This document shows positions 12,201 through 25,586 of a DNA stretch of 64,000 nt, piece by piece. Origin of the DNA: a virus; IMG/VR virus record IMGVR_UViG_3300042691_030495; one strand, 5' to 3'. The translations under genes and the position numbers were made by a program. The notes below the pieces were generated by a model. It was not told the origin of the DNA. It searched no databases and saw only the letters and a program-made list of their open reading frames with translations. How positions within the stretch are numbered: the stretch's first letter is position 1; every line of letters begins with the position of its first letter.

Positions 12201-12288
12201 TAGAGGTGCGTAGTTTATTTACCGGATCGGTAAGAATTTCTGTTGGGTTAAAACGGCCATCTGATGCCGGAAACTGTTGAATACTCAT
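9250..12288 (-). CDS. Large virion structural protein with repeated beta-barrel (TT..HG...G..V.I.G) modules
   Basis: 1012 aa, Thr/Gly/Ser-rich, ALIDTDFEYG, RQTRRYFRYQSGKG, MFYIDYSWYGAG; lies in the structural cluster. Confidence 0.7.
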   Translation of the reverse strand: MSIQQFPASDGRFNPTEILTDPVNKLRTSTAQALIDTDFEYGTQQSKWENLAVTNNRPFAAPSATAIPNVSGISMSTNARVVTVTLSTTTATVTGADPSTPFSGYVQYTTSAAHGFSTGQYVTISGSSISGYNGTYLIYSTPSTTTFAVVNSTTGTETWTSGQAIAGVAPVTGTAVNVQDTFLSEANGNFLIESGGGTGTFTYLGRAQNKTTVTDILDPNKTAIYVANLYTNAKIGGTPTVTVSGSDLKVNVTTTVPHGLSIGNTIAVTGITGTNPPNGSYRVATVATPTTFVYYADPTEGTPSGLTATNASIYVRPQAQFLHRAFDGGVLFSANASSNYEAAIRQTRRYFRYQSGKGLQISSGTIFKPYATIDGITSSGTTATVTTKEQHNIQPGTSILVAGANEAPYNGTFSVAQITGFNTFTYEMATSAAGPATGIVNLNVNSWYGSANRLGQFDSQNGVFWEFDGQGLYVVKRSSTQQLSGRSTVTQGSNVVTRTSSSFPTAYSSQLIPGDYVVIRGQSYRVIAVDDISATPNFTISPSYRAASASHVSISKTIDVRIPQSQFNLDKCDGTGPSGYTVDLTKMQMFYIDYSWYGAGFIRWGLRGEDGNVFYVHKMKNNNVNNEAYMRSGNLPARYESSTLPPTTRVDESLSSTDTTMTVLDTSAFPSSGTLIIRPSTTDNQAGLLQEYVNYTGKTATTFTGLTRGGAGATAVATTWTTGSNSGIVSDATGLQVGQRVFSSTSPSPAPDGAFITNIAGTVVTLNTAITSSNPTLIFAPMGATAQTYTHVDTAPTSVELAYPSFAPSISHWGTSVIMDGRFDDDASLIFTYGQTGTVSIPANGSKALFSIRLAPSVDNGISANFGQREIINRMQLKMNSLGVTTTSASTNYLVRAYLNAVPSASVAWTTPNFAETGTANSSLAQIADYRTNGNVTVSGGEITGGFLSQGTDSIELSRLRDLGNCVLGGGGTTSNSGIYPDGPDTLTIVVTNLSSSTASFSGRLAWTEAQA

Positions 12289-12602
12289 TACGCTATCTCT
12301 ACTCCGCTAATGTGGACTTTTACTGTGGTGGCTGATGCAAATCCGCGAATCTTTTTTGGAGTTGCGTTAGCACCTAAAACCTGTTTCATATCTACTGAAA
12401 TTGTTGCGTGACCTGCAATTGGGGTCTGATCGAACACTTCAACGCCATCCAACAAAATGTTGAATGTCTGCTCTGATGCACTGGTATTTACTACAACAAT
12501 GTTGGTCACAACGGTTGTAGTTCCAGTCGTCGGCACGGTATATAGATCGCCTACAGTTGTAGCGAATGCGGCTCTTGTTAGAGCTTTAGTTGTGGTAGCC
12601 AT
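12288..12602 (-). CDS. Small virion structural protein
   Basis: LYTVP..TTTVVTNIVV.N...HISGVEI pattern is common among tail-associated proteins. Confidence 0.6.
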   Translation of the reverse strand: MATTTKALTRAAFATTVGDLYTVPTTGTTTVVTNIVVVNTSASEQTFNILLDGVEVFDQTPIAGHATISVDMKQVLGANATPKKIRGFASATTVKVHISGVEIA

Positions 12603-12638
12603 TAGTTACTACTCTCTTTTCTTTTGTTATTTGTGCGT

Positions 12639-15600
12639 TTAGTAAGCACCCATGATTACCATTATATCGGTATCAGTAGGAAGCGTTGTCCAACCAGCAT
12701 CTCCGTTAGTGTTGGAAAGTTTAACTAAAAATTGTCCGGTAGTTCCTCCGGTAGGTAGAGACTCGCCAGAAGGGCCAGTTGGACCAGCGGGACCTTGCGG
12801 ACCGGCCTCACCGGAAGTTAAAACCCAATAGCCATCGTAGAAGGCGTAAATTCCAGCTTGCTCGCTATTGAACCATAAGTCACCCTGGGTTGCTCCGGTT
12901 GGAGGAGTTGCTGAGACCACAAGGCTTGCACCGCCACCCTCGCCGTTAGAAGCAACGGTGATACGACCCTTTGCGTCCACTGTAATGTTTGCGTTGGTGT
13001 ATGAACCAGCAGTCACACCTGAGGTTGCCAAGGTTGGGTTTGGGTAGGTCCCAGTTAAGTCTCCACCAGCAGGGCCGGTAGGGGTACGAGAGTTAGATAG
13101 TCGAGAGTCTGTAGTAATTACTGCAGTACCCGCAACGTCAGCTGGTTGGATGTTTCCAGAAGTAAGTGCACCACCAGTTACGGCTTTAACTACACCAGCA
13201 GTTAGAGGCATCACAACAGTTCCCGTAAACTCTGGGCTTTGTAGAGGAGCCTTAGCATCCAACTGTGTTTGGATTGCAGAAGTGACTCCATTTACATACG
13301 CAAGCTCGGCGTTAGACACGTCTCCGATTGAGGTAGTTGCTGGAAGTACAACAGTTCCGGTAAAGGTTGGGTCAGCAAGAGTTGCTACTACAGCCGCATC
13401 AATCGAGATCTCTGAACCGTCTTTAACAATTCCAGTTCCAGCAGTAATGTTTTGAGCTGCGCTAAACTGAGTGAAGTTAAGGTCGTCAACACCAAGGTCA
13501 ACTATTCCGCTGTTAGCAACAATAAAACCAGCGTTAGCGTAGAGAGTACCGTTCTGTACTAGACAGAAGTTTCCACCAGCGACTTCAGAGGTAGGGCTGT
13601 TGTCTGAGTCAGTTGCACGGGTTAACTCCCATGGGGCTGAACCTGATCCAAGATCGGTTACGGTGTAGATACCATTCTCTGTAGCGTCAGTCTGAGCTCT
13701 AACTAGAATTCGATCATTTAGAAGAACTGTATATCCGTCAATAGTTCCTAGAGCACCGTTAGATGCTTTAGTGATAGTTGCTCCGAGTCCAGATGTGCCA
13801 TTGTCGTAGGTTCCAGCGAGATTTGCAGTCGTAGCTACATCTACTGGATCCTTAACGCTTAGTCCTGTTGCTAGGTTGTCAACATAAGCCTTTGTTGCAG
13901 CATGTAAGTCCAAACTTGGTGCACCAGAAAGAGTCAAGGCTCCAGTTAAAGTTCCACCGGTTAGTGATAGCTTGCCATCAAGAGCAGTTTGAGTTGCGGT
14001 AGATACAGGCTTGTTAGCGTCTGAAGTGTTGTCTACGTTGCCTAATCCAACCATGCTCTTTGAGATACCGGATACGGTACCAGTAAAGGTTGCGCCAGCA
14101 AGAGATGCTTTTGCGTCCAGCTGAGTCTGAATTGCAGAAGTTACACCATCAACATAGTTTAACTCTTCAGTTGATGCGGTTATGCCGTCAAGAGTGTTTA
14201 GCTCAGCTGCAGATGCGGTTAGGTCACTAACATCTGCAGTCACAACTGTAATGTCGTTGCTTGTAGTGTTAATAGTCTTATTAGTAAGAGTCTGTGTTCC
14301 GCTGTTAGTAGTTACAGCATCGGTAATCTTAACGTTTCCTGAGCCATCAAACTCAACGCCAGTGCCTAGCTTTACAGAAATAGCGGCTGTTGGGTCATCA
14401 TAAGTAAGACCGTTGCCGACGTTTGCTCCAACAGCATCTTGCGCACGTTCGTTAGTGAAGTATAGGTTTGTACCTTCTTCAATGTCAGAAGTAGTAAGCG
14501 CGTTTATTGAAGTGTCTGTGTAGGTGTTAGCAGTGTTAAGCGCAGTGGTGGCTTTAGTCTGAGCACCTGTCTGGGTCTCAAGAGCAGCGGTATCCGCGAT
14601 GCCGTGGATGTTTGTGGTGTCAGCTTCGTGGGCAGCTAGCGCGGAGTTAGATGCTTTTGCATCTAGTGCAGTTTGGGTGGCAGTAGAGACAGGCTTATTG
14701 GCATCTGAGGTGTTGTCAACGTTACCAAGACCCACCATCGCCTTGGTAATACCAGATACGGTTCCGGTGAAGGTAGGGCTGTTTAGCGCTGCCTTCTGGT
14801 TAATCAAAACCTGGGTAGCAGTTGATACTGGCTTGTCTATGTCAGAAGTATTGTCAACGCTGCCAAGACCAACCATAGACTTTGTTACACCAGCTACAGT
14901 TCCAGTAAATGTTGGGCTGTTTATTGGTGCCTTTAGATCTAAAGCATCCTGAGTGTCTGATGATATTGGTTTATCTGCGTCAGAAGTATTGTCAACGCTT
15001 CCAAGACCAACCATAGACTTGGTAATACCAGATACGGTTCCCGTAAATGTTGGACCGTTGATTGGTGCTTTTTCGTCAATGGAGTCTTGTAACAATCCCT
15101 GTACAACACTTAAATCTCCGTCGTAAACTAAAAGACTAGCATCGGTAATACCGTGAACGTTAGTTTCATCTAAATTGTGATTGCTCACGGCTGTGGTTGT
15201 AAAAGTATTTGCAGTTTCTACTGCTTCATCTACTCCTGCATCTACCAAGATCTGTGCTTCGGCAATGGCTGCTGTCTCGGCTGCATCTGCCTTAGTCTGA
15301 GCACCAGTTTGCGTCTCTAAAGCTGAAGTGTCGGTAATGCCGTGAACGTTAGTTGTAGCGTTGTTGTGAGTTGCAATTGCATTGATTGCATTATCGTATG
15401 CAGTTTCTATTCTGTCATCGATTTCATCACTAACTACTAGATAGCCTGGAACTTGAGTTTCTAGTAGTACTCCAGTTCCGTCAAGAGTTGCCACTACAGA
15501 AGTGTCAATACTAAATTCGTTGCCTGTTAGCTCTAGACCGTTCCCTGCTAAGTAAGTGCCAGCACCAGAAAATTGAGTAAATGTAATTGGGTCTGTTCCG

Positions 15601-16754
15601 AGTGTGGTTATTGCATCAGTCTGCACCCAACCTGAGGAGTTATATAAAGTTCCTCCGGTTACAAAAGTAAAGTCTCCGCCTTGAATTTCAGCTGGGCTAT
15701 TGTAGTCATCTGCTCTTACCCAAGCGCCGGATTTAGCAAGATAAATACCATTTTGTGCTGGAGCAGTTTGAGCTCGAACTAATACTCTGTCGTCTGCAAC
15801 TAACTGAACGCCATCTACAACTAAAAGTCCTCCAGATGTTAGGTTTATGTTAGCTGTTGTTGCAGCAACAGTAGACTCGTGAACATGTAGACCCTCTGCA
15901 ACAGCGTCAACGTATCCTTTAGTTGCGGCGTCTAAGTTTTGAGTTGGATCTGCGTGTAGAGTTACTTGACCTGTAAATGTAGCTCCAGCTAGAGGAGCAT
16001 ATAGCTGGGCTGCTGAAAGTTCTGCAGCAGCTTGAGCAGCATTGGCTCTGTCTTGAGCACCGGAAGTTGTCTCTAAAGCAGAGGTATCAGGAATGCCGTG
16101 AACGTTAGTTGTCTCTGATTCATGGTCAGATATGCCGCCTGAAACTGCGGATGCAATTCTAGCTGAAACAGTGTTACCTGCTGTGCCGTCTACAGTTTCG
16201 TCGCCGATTAAGTCGTCGGTGTAAGCGTTAGCTGCTGTCTCGGCTGCATCTGCCTTAGTCTGAGCACCGGTAGCTGTCTCTAGTAGAGAGGTGTCTGCGA
16301 TGCCGTGAACGTCAGTTGTATCCGAAGCGTGGGTTGATAGATCAGTGCTACTTGCCTTTGAATTTAGCTGAGTCTGGATTGCAGAAGTTACACCATCTAG
16401 GTACCCGATCTCGGTGTCTGATACGCCAGTTACCTTATCCTGTTTGGTCCCTATGCTTGTAGAGATTGTGGTAAAGAAGTTTGCATCATCATTAATTGCG
16501 GCTGCAAGTTCGTTTAGTGTGTCTAAAGCCCCCGGAGCTAAGTCAACAACTCCACCAATGGCAGCTGTAATAGCAGAGGAAACTTCGGTAGGAGTCATGC
16601 CTGCGTATGGAAGGGCTGTCCAAGTAGCTGATCCAGTACCTACTTTAATCTTGCCGGTATTGGTTTCAAAGCCCAGTTCTCCAGCGGAAAGAGTGGGATT
16701 GACTGAGGTCCAGTTAGAGGCTGTATCGCGTCTAATTTGAATTTTAACTGCCAT
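12639..16754 (-). CDS. Long tail fibre protein with Mtd/hyaluronidase-like N-terminal domain
   Basis: [33 protein letters not shown]; repeated GLG.VDNTSD..KP.S and [12 protein letters not shown] units; [15 protein letters not shown]. Confidence 0.85.
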   Translation of the reverse strand: MAVKIQIRRDTASNWTSVNPTLSAGELGFETNTGKIKVGTGSATWTALPYAGMTPTEVSSAITAAIGGVVDLAPGALDTLNELAAAINDDANFFTTISTSIGTKQDKVTGVSDTEIGYLDGVTSAIQTQLNSKASSTDLSTHASDTTDVHGIADTSLLETATGAQTKADAAETAANAYTDDLIGDETVDGTAGNTVSARIASAVSGGISDHESETTNVHGIPDTSALETTSGAQDRANAAQAAAELSAAQLYAPLAGATFTGQVTLHADPTQNLDAATKGYVDAVAEGLHVHESTVAATTANINLTSGGLLVVDGVQLVADDRVLVRAQTAPAQNGIYLAKSGAWVRADDYNSPAEIQGGDFTFVTGGTLYNSSGWVQTDAITTLGTDPITFTQFSGAGTYLAGNGLELTGNEFSIDTSVVATLDGTGVLLETQVPGYLVVSDEIDDRIETAYDNAINAIATHNNATTNVHGITDTSALETQTGAQTKADAAETAAIAEAQILVDAGVDEAVETANTFTTTAVSNHNLDETNVHGITDASLLVYDGDLSVVQGLLQDSIDEKAPINGPTFTGTVSGITKSMVGLGSVDNTSDADKPISSDTQDALDLKAPINSPTFTGTVAGVTKSMVGLGSVDNTSDIDKPVSTATQVLINQKAALNSPTFTGTVSGITKAMVGLGNVDNTSDANKPVSTATQTALDAKASNSALAAHEADTTNIHGIADTAALETQTGAQTKATTALNTANTYTDTSINALTTSDIEEGTNLYFTNERAQDAVGANVGNGLTYDDPTAAISVKLGTGVEFDGSGNVKITDAVTTNSGTQTLTNKTINTTSNDITVVTADVSDLTASAAELNTLDGITASTEELNYVDGVTSAIQTQLDAKASLAGATFTGTVSGISKSMVGLGNVDNTSDANKPVSTATQTALDGKLSLTGGTLTGALTLSGAPSLDLHAATKAYVDNLATGLSVKDPVDVATTANLAGTYDNGTSGLGATITKASNGALGTIDGYTVLLNDRILVRAQTDATENGIYTVTDLGSGSAPWELTRATDSDNSPTSEVAGGNFCLVQNGTLYANAGFIVANSGIVDLGVDDLNFTQFSAAQNITAGTGIVKDGSEISIDAAVVATLADPTFTGTVVLPATTSIGDVSNAELAYVNGVTSAIQTQLDAKAPLQSPEFTGTVVMPLTAGVVKAVTGGALTSGNIQPADVAGTAVITTDSRLSNSRTPTGPAGGDLTGTYPNPTLATSGVTAGSYTNANITVDAKGRITVASNGEGGGASLVVSATPPTGATQGDLWFNSEQAGIYAFYDGYWVLTSGEAGPQGPAGPTGPSGESLPTGGTTGQFLVKLSNTNGDAGWTTLPTDTDIMVIMGAY

Positions 16755-16756
16755 AA

Positions 16757-17512
16757 TTATCCATTCGCATTTCCACCATTAACGGTTACTAGATACATGG
16801 AGTCAGCGCTTCCACCGTCTAATACGTCGTAATTTGCTCCAGTAAGTACATCAGTATCTACGTTTTCCCACTGAGAGTTACTACTATTGTACAGTAATAT
16901 TTGATTGTCGGCCAGGTCGGTTAGCAAAACATCTGTTAGTTCTGCAACAGATGAAGCCCCGCCGCCAGTGTTCGTTATCCACTGAGTGTTGTAGTTGTCG
17001 CCATCAATTTTTGCAAGAATCTGACCGGTGGTTCCACCTGTTGGTACGCCTGGCCCTGTGGCACCTGTTGCACCTGTACTACCTGTTGCACCAGTCGGTC
17101 CGGTTGCACCTTTTGCAGAAAGTAGTGTCCAATATACAGTTCCACCTGTAGGTTGCCCTGGATATGGTCCTGTTGATCCAATATCTATATTGCGATACCA
17201 TGTCTGGCCTTCGTATGTGGCTACATCACCGACAGTGTATACAGTAGATGAAGAGTAGTCCCCAACAAAGTTCCATAAAGCGTCAGCACCAGTTGGACCG
17301 GTTGCTCCAGTTGCACCTGTTGCACCTGTTGCACCAGTTGCTCCCGTAGGACCTGTTGCGCCGGTAGGGCCCTGCTGAACAATCCAAGCCGAACCCGTGT
17401 GGACATAGACTTTATTTTCGTCTGCCTTAAAAAAGAGATCGCCAGCAGAACCTACCGACGGGAGAGTGTTTCCCGACGGTAGGCCTACAGGGGTTAAAAA
17501 CTTTTTAGACAA
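16757..17512 (-). CDS. Short collagen-like virion protein
   Basis: TTG start; GAT/GPT repeats flanking a Y.VGDV..YEGQTW module; [10 protein letters not shown] motif. Confidence 0.75.
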   Translation of the reverse strand: MSKKFLTPVGLPSGNTLPSVGSAGDLFFKADENKVYVHTGSAWIVQQGPTGATGPTGATGATGATGATGATGPTGADALWNFVGDYSSSTVYTVGDVATYEGQTWYRNIDIGSTGPYPGQPTGGTVYWTLLSAKGATGPTGATGSTGATGATGPGVPTGGTTGQILAKIDGDNYNTQWITNTGGGASSVAELTDVLLTDLADNQILLYNSSNSQWENVDTDVLTGANYDVLDGGSADSMYLVTVNGGNANG

Positions 17513-17534
17513 GACCTATCCTTTTTATAGGTTA

Positions 17535-19370
17535 TTAGCCTACTATAACAACTTGGTAAGAGTCAGCAGCAACATCATCCGCTGCTACCCAACTCAAAGT
17601 TGCGGTGTTGGTGTTGGTTCTGTCTACGTCAACTATTACTTCGTCAAAGCTGGCGATGTCGTAAACCTGGATTACTACGTTCCTAGTTCCTAGGTTGTGA
17701 GTAACTGTCCAAGTAACGGATCCGCTTGTTTCGGTTAGTAGTGGGTTTGCTGCAGTGTACTTGGTTGTTGCACCAAGGTTTGTGCGAGCATCGGCTGCAG
17801 TAGTTGCACCAGTACCACCGTTTGCAATAGCAATGGTTGTACCGTTCCATGTACCAGTAGCAATTGTTCCTACTGTGGTAATGGATGACTGACCAGCGTA
17901 AGTAGACGCGATGTCAATTGCATCAGCAGCTACTGTAATTCTGTCAGCAGTGCCTACTGCGTTGAAGATGTTACCGTCTAGGGTTAGACCATCGCCTGCA
18001 ACAAATGTTCCAGCACCAGAGAACTGTACCCAGGCGATGTCGTCAGTGCCTAGAGTTGCTATAACATTTGTCTGTACGAAACCAGCGTTGCCGTATGTGG
18101 CACCCTGATCTACGAATACGAAGTCACCTGGATCAATTTCTCCAGCACTGTCATAATCAAGTGCACGAGAAAGAGTGGTTCCGTTAGATACGTAGATACC
18201 GTTCTGAGCTGCGTTTGTCTGAGCCCTAACAAGAACTCGGTCTCCGCTATTGATGGTTACGCCATCAACAGCTGCAACTCCGGAACCTAGGTTAACGTTT
18301 CCAGTTGTTGCTGCCTTTACAGAAGCGTGGACGTGTAGACCTTCAGCTACTGAATCAACGTAGCCCTTGGTTGCGGCATCGCTTGCATCAACAGGAGTTC
18401 CTAAGTTGGTAATTTTGTAGGTGCCAGCGCTTAGGTCAGCGCTAAGAGCAGAACCAGAGCCCAGTGTTTTGTTGGTTAGGGTCTGAGTGTCAGTGGTTCC
18501 TACTACGTTTCCAGTAACTCCGTGAACGCTGCTGGTGTCATCTGCGTGGTCACCAATTTCGGTGTCAACGTAATTCTTAGTAGCTGCGTCTTGTGCGCTT
18601 GTTGGGTCAGCAAGATCAACAATCTTGTTCTGGTCTGCGTCTACGTTTGCACTTAGTACAGTTCCTGAACCTAGAGTCTTGTTGGTCAGTGTCTGAGAGT
18701 CAGTGTCACCAACAACGTCTCCAACGACGCCGTGAACGCCAGAAGATAGGTTGTTGTGAGTTGTTACTGCACTAGATGCTGCATCGTCTGCGTAAAGGCG
18801 AGTAGCAATTGTATCTGTGTCAACAACAATCTCGCCGGCACTAATCTCAAGGCCAGATCCTAGATCGGCTGAAATTACTCCGGTAGCGCTGTCGTAGTCA
18901 ATACCGTCTCCAGCAGAGATAGCATTGCGAGCACGAGTGTCGGTGAAGTACTTGTTAGTGGTACCTTCATCTAGGTCATCAGTGGTTGAGTCACCAACGC
19001 CGTTTTCTGCTGTAATGGTAAGACCAGTTCCATCACCTGTAATTGTGATGTTGGTCTTTGTCGCGCCTGTTAGAAGAGCAGCTGCATCGGTCTTGGCGCG
19101 TGCAGTAGTGTAATAAAGATTACTGGAGCCCTCCTCGATGTCGTCTGTGTCTAGTAGGTCGATAGCAGCATTAATTGCTTCTGTAACGTTGCCACCGGCC
19201 GCTAGTGATACCCATGTGGTGCTGTCCCAGATAGTTAGTTGCTTGGTGTCAGTATCAAAGTAGATCTGACCTGGTACCGGGTTAGCTGGGGCGATGGATA
19301 GGTTTTGAATCTTTGCATTTAAAAGCTCATTCTTATTAAGATTGAGCCCAGTTAGAAATTGACGAGCCAT
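17535..19370 (-). CDS. Tail-fibre-like virion protein
   Basis: [21 protein letters not shown] and DAATKGYVD repeats; C-terminal VTHNLGTR module. Confidence 0.8.
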   Translation of the reverse strand: MARQFLTGLNLNKNELLNAKIQNLSIAPANPVPGQIYFDTDTKQLTIWDSTTWVSLAAGGNVTEAINAAIDLLDTDDIEEGSSNLYYTTARAKTDAAALLTGATKTNITITGDGTGLTITAENGVGDSTTDDLDEGTTNKYFTDTRARNAISAGDGIDYDSATGVISADLGSGLEISAGEIVVDTDTIATRLYADDAASSAVTTHNNLSSGVHGVVGDVVGDTDSQTLTNKTLGSGTVLSANVDADQNKIVDLADPTSAQDAATKNYVDTEIGDHADDTSSVHGVTGNVVGTTDTQTLTNKTLGSGSALSADLSAGTYKITNLGTPVDASDAATKGYVDSVAEGLHVHASVKAATTGNVNLGSGVAAVDGVTINSGDRVLVRAQTNAAQNGIYVSNGTTLSRALDYDSAGEIDPGDFVFVDQGATYGNAGFVQTNVIATLGTDDIAWVQFSGAGTFVAGDGLTLDGNIFNAVGTADRITVAADAIDIASTYAGQSSITTVGTIATGTWNGTTIAIANGGTGATTAADARTNLGATTKYTAANPLLTETSGSVTWTVTHNLGTRNVVIQVYDIASFDEVIVDVDRTNTNTATLSWVAADDVAADSYQVVIVG

Positions 19371-19388
19371 TGTTATTGTTCTTCTTTC

Positions 19389-19706
19389 TTATGAGAGATG
19401 AGCTTTTCCAGAGATTGCTGCTGAAAAAGTAATAATTAGTGTTACTTGATTGGTGTGACTGACTGTGCCTTCTACCATTGAGCCAGCGCTATCGTAAACG
19501 GTGACGTTAGGAAAGAAGTTTAGGTTGTGGTTTACTGTCCACGCAGCTGATACAGCCCCTTGGTTGTGTACGTATGAAACTAGATCCACTACTTCGCTAG
19601 TCTGAACACCGGAGAGTCCTGATGCTCCCTGCGGTCCAGGAGCGGTAACTACTATCTGTCTAGCGTTTCTACCTGAAGTAACGTTGCTTGATGAGTCGCT
19701 TGGCAT
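19389..19706 (-). CDS. Small virion protein
   Basis: VVTAPGPQG motif; YVHNQ...WTVNHNLNFFPNVTV...SGKAHLS. Confidence 0.65.
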   Translation of the reverse strand: MPSDSSSNVTSGRNARQIVVTAPGPQGASGLSGVQTSEVVDLVSYVHNQGAVSAAWTVNHNLNFFPNVTVYDSAGSMVEGTVSHTNQVTLIITFSAAISGKAHLS

Positions 19707-20068
19707 TATCTAGTCACCTCTGCTCGAACTACAAAATTTCCACGTAAAATCTTGTATACGTAAAGACTGCTAGTTGGGGCAACTAACTCTAGGTCGTACA
19801 AATACTTACCTTCTGGTATAGTTGCCATGACCTCATCCGTAACGTATATATTGATATGACCGTTAGTCTGACCCAAAGATATTCCACCGTTTTCAGTAGT
19901 AATTGAAAGAATTACTGTGGAGTTATCAGAGATCGATCTAACTTTCATTCTGGCTGTATAACCCGCCAAAAGAATCGGTTTTTTTGCAGGATCTCTCCAT
20001 AAAACAGTGCGTGACAAGGTGGAGCCTTGATCAGCCACGATATTATAAAGACCGGCAGGAGCGCTCAT
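19706..20068 (-). CDS. Small virion adaptor protein, paralog of 2011-2370
   Basis: DQGSTL...GYTARMKVR...YLYDLEL...KILRGNFVVRAEVTR. Confidence 0.6.
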   Translation of the reverse strand: MSAPAGLYNIVADQGSTLSRTVLWRDPAKKPILLAGYTARMKVRSISDNSTVILSITTENGGISLGQTNGHINIYVTDEVMATIPEGKYLYDLELVAPTSSLYVYKILRGNFVVRAEVTR

Positions 20069-20151
20069 TTGATTGACTCTTTCGGCAAAGGTACAGTCTC
20101 TATTATTTTACATCATCTGAGCTTTGCCAATAAGGGCGGTATACTTTCAAT

Positions 20152-20379
20152 ATGAGTGAGACTTTAATTGACCTGTCTACCTTAGATTCTGACCTAGAAG
20201 ATGCAAGTAGGTTTGCCCACTACGCGGAAAAAGTATCGGTCACTGAAGGCTATGTTTTAGGGACTCCAGTTCTTGCCGTATGCGGAAAACTTTTTATCCC
20301 GTCCAGAGACCCTAAAAAGTTTCCACTTTGCCCGATTTGCAAAAAAATTTCTGAAGCACTATTCTTTTCAGAAGAGTAA
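20152..20379 (+). CDS. DUF3039 domain protein (actinobacterial)
   Basis: RFAHYA.K...GTPVLAVCGKLFIPSRDPKKFPLCPICK; leaderless after TATACT. Confidence 0.85.
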   Translation: MSETLIDLSTLDSDLEDASRFAHYAEKVSVTEGYVLGTPVLAVCGKLFIPSRDPKKFPLCPICKKISEALFFSEE

Positions 20380-20491
20380 AAATCACTCGTTAATTTTTGT
20401 TCTATACTGGATACTCAACCAGTCCTGACGTTTGCTTTTAGCAATAAAAAACGTCAGGATTTTCCGTCTCTAATTTGAAAGGTACCTAAAA

Positions 20492-20713
20492 ATGGTAACT
20501 GTGTATACCCTCCCTTCTTGCGTTCAATGCGAGAGCACAAAGAAGTACCTATCAAAATTAGAAGTAGACTTTAGAACTGTCGACCTTAGCGAAGACGAAA
20601 TTGCAATGGATCTTGTTAAGAGCCTTGGGTACCAGGCAGCCCCTGTAGTTGTATCCGGAGAGAGCCACTGGAGCGGATTCCGCCCAGATAAGCTAGACGC
20701 CTTAACTAACTGA
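20492..20713 (+). CDS. nrdH: Glutaredoxin-like NrdH
   Basis: CVQC, APVV, WSGFRPDK. Confidence 0.95.
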   Translation: MVTVYTLPSCVQCESTKKYLSKLEVDFRTVDLSEDEIAMDLVKSLGYQAAPVVVSGESHWSGFRPDKLDALTN

Positions 20714-21108
20714 GGCACCGTGTTTGACATCGTTTATTTTTCGAACGTGTCTGAAAACACTAAAAGATTTGTAGAAAAACTTGGAATAAACTCCATAAGA
20801 GTTCCAATCAAGTGGGATGACAAAAAACCTTTAGTAGTAACCAGAGACTTTGTTTTAGTTGTTCCCTCTTACGGAGGGGGAGCTGAAGGCAAGACTGTTC
20901 CTCGACCTGTAGTTAAATTTCTCAACATTGAGGAAAATAGGAAGTTTCTTAAGGGTATTGTAGGAACCGGCAACACAAACTTTGGTGCTCACTACTGCGG
21001 AGCAGCGGAGACTGTTGCAGCAAAGACAGGTGCGCCTTTGCTGTATCGTGTAGAAATAACTGGCACACCAGATGATGTAATAGAAGTTATAGAGAGGCTA
21101 GAGCTACT

Positions 21109-24187
<3,079 letters not shown>

Positions 24188-24196
24188 GGAGGTAGC

Positions 24197-24241
24197 ATGG
24201 ATTGCAATTGTGGCGACTGCCAGTGCGGAACCAATAAGTAA
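24197..24241 (+). CDS. 14-aa Cys-rich micropeptide MDCNCGDCQCGTNK
   Basis: AAGGAGG SD just upstream; sits between the nrdF stop and the terminator. Confidence 0.55.
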   Translation: MDCNCGDCQCGTNK

Positions 24242-24246
24242 GAAAA

Positions 24247-24275
24247 GCCATCCTTCGGGGTGGCATTTCTTTTGT
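24247..24275 (+). terminator. Intrinsic terminator of the nrd operon
   Basis: GCCATCC-TTCG-GGGTGGC followed by a T-rich tract. Confidence 0.8.
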
Positions 24276-24286
24276 AAGATATAGTT

Positions 24287-24472
24287 ATGCCAACTTATGA
24301 ATATAAATGTTCAGAAAACCCTGAACACCGATTTACAGAAATACGTGAAATGTCAGAAGAAGCAAGCAGATCAACTTGCGCTGAACCGACCTGCAATGGT
24401 AGACTTATACGTATATTTGGAGCTCCTTCTATTACATTTAATGGAACGGGGTTCAACTCAAGTCGCGGTTGA
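24287..24472 (+). CDS. FmdB-family zinc-ribbon protein
   Basis: MPTYEYKC...C..C.G.L.R.FGAPSI.F.GTGF. Confidence 0.8.
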   Translation: MPTYEYKCSENPEHRFTEIREMSEEASRSTCAEPTCNGRLIRIFGAPSITFNGTGFNSSRG

Positions 24473-24487
24473 AAGGTACATATCTAA

Positions 24488-24844
24488 ATGGCAGGTCTCT
24501 ACCCGACTGAAGGTACTGGAATAGTTCCATGGTTTCTACTTAACACCGACGCTGTACCACTTTGTGCTGAAACAGACCCTGATTCTTTTTTTCCTAAAGA
24601 CTATTTTGATGATGAAAACGGAAAGTCAGCAGCCAGCTCATATGAAAATGAGCGAAGTGCTAAAGCAATTTGCAATGAGTGTCCGTTAAAACTTGACTGC
24701 TTAATGTATGCAATGACTACTGGTCAGCATGGGATCTGGGGGGGAACTACAGAGAACGAACGTCGCGCTATCCGCCGGGGTAGGGGAGTTAAGCTACAAC
24801 GCTCTCTGGGACTGACTCCACTAAGAGAATCGAAAACGCGGTAA
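24488..24844 (+). CDS. whiB: WhiB-family Fe-S transcription factor
   Basis: C..TDPD.FFP, AKAICNECP...C, GIWGG. Confidence 0.92.
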   Translation: MAGLYPTEGTGIVPWFLLNTDAVPLCAETDPDSFFPKDYFDDENGKSAASSYENERSAKAICNECPLKLDCLMYAMTTGQHGIWGGTTENERRAIRRGRGVKLQRSLGLTPLRESKTR

Positions 24845-24902
24845 AATAGAAGAGCCTGGGAGAGAGGCAATTAACCTATTTAACTCTACCCAGGGAGACA
24901 CA

Positions 24903-25256
24903 TTGAATATTGCAACAACAGTCGCTAAGAGGACTATAGCTCTTATCATTCTTCGCGTAAGCGGAACCCTTGCTGGTGGTAGCATTGCTGGAGTTGAACT
25001 CTGGCAGGCAGCTATGCTTGCAGCTTTTATCGGCGTAATGGACGTCGCCGAGTCACTATCTAGATCTTATGTAGTTGACGGCGACTTGAGCAACGACGAA
25101 ATTAACCGTGCATTTGCAAGCTCCGCTGAGGCTGAACTTTCTGCCCAGAGCTCACAGTCAGTTCCGGCGCAGGAAACCACTCAGGATGACCTAAACTCCT
25201 TCTCTAGCGATGAGGACGAGTACGAAGACGACGAAGAGTACGAAACTTCTAAGTAA
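24903..25256 (+). CDS. Small membrane protein (holin-like?), paralog of 50848-51132
   Basis: Hydrophobic helices, GVELW.A and DG.L...EIN.AF motifs, acidic tail. Confidence 0.6.
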   Translation: MNIATTVAKRTIALIILRVSGTLAGGSIAGVELWQAAMLAAFIGVMDVAESLSRSYVVDGDLSNDEINRAFASSAEAELSAQSSQSVPAQETTQDDLNSFSSDEDEYEDDEEYETSK

Positions 25257-25265
25257 TTAACCCCT

Positions 25266-25304
25266 AAAAAGAGGGCTACATCAATTTGGTGTGGCCCTCT
25301 TTTT
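25266..25304. terminator. Hairpin terminator, possibly bidirectional
   Basis: AAAAAGAGGGCTACATC...GGTGTGGCCCTCTTTTT. Confidence 0.7.
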
Positions 25305-25320
25305 GTGTTATGGTGTCTTT

Positions 25321-25578
25321 ATGACTGATATTGATAGAAGTGTTGATTTCGAAGAGTGGCTTAAAGTCGGAGTGTCTAATGGGTGGTGCGGCCCTGCCGT
25401 TTGCTACACCCATGACGGTCTTCCGACGTCTGAGCCAGAAGATGCAGAATTTGAGGAAGGCAACGACCCCTGTCTGCACATTATTAGGCTTTATGAAGAT
25501 GATGATCATAAAGCAGCAATTGAGACAAACCACTCTCCTTCAACCTGGAGAGCTACTAATCGCGGCATTGACGTATAA
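25321..25578 (+). CDS. Conserved hypothetical phage protein
   Basis: FEEWL..G...GWCGPAVCYTHDGLP...DPCLHIIRLY. Confidence 0.7.
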   Translation: MTDIDRSVDFEEWLKVGVSNGWCGPAVCYTHDGLPTSEPEDAEFEEGNDPCLHIIRLYEDDDHKAAIETNHSPSTWRATNRGIDV

Positions 25579-25586
25579 GGAGAGTA

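Noticed and set aside
12639-16754. Diversity-generating retroelement suggested by the Mtd-like N-terminus
   Set aside because: No reverse transcriptase and no TR/VR pair differing at adenines were seen in the window.
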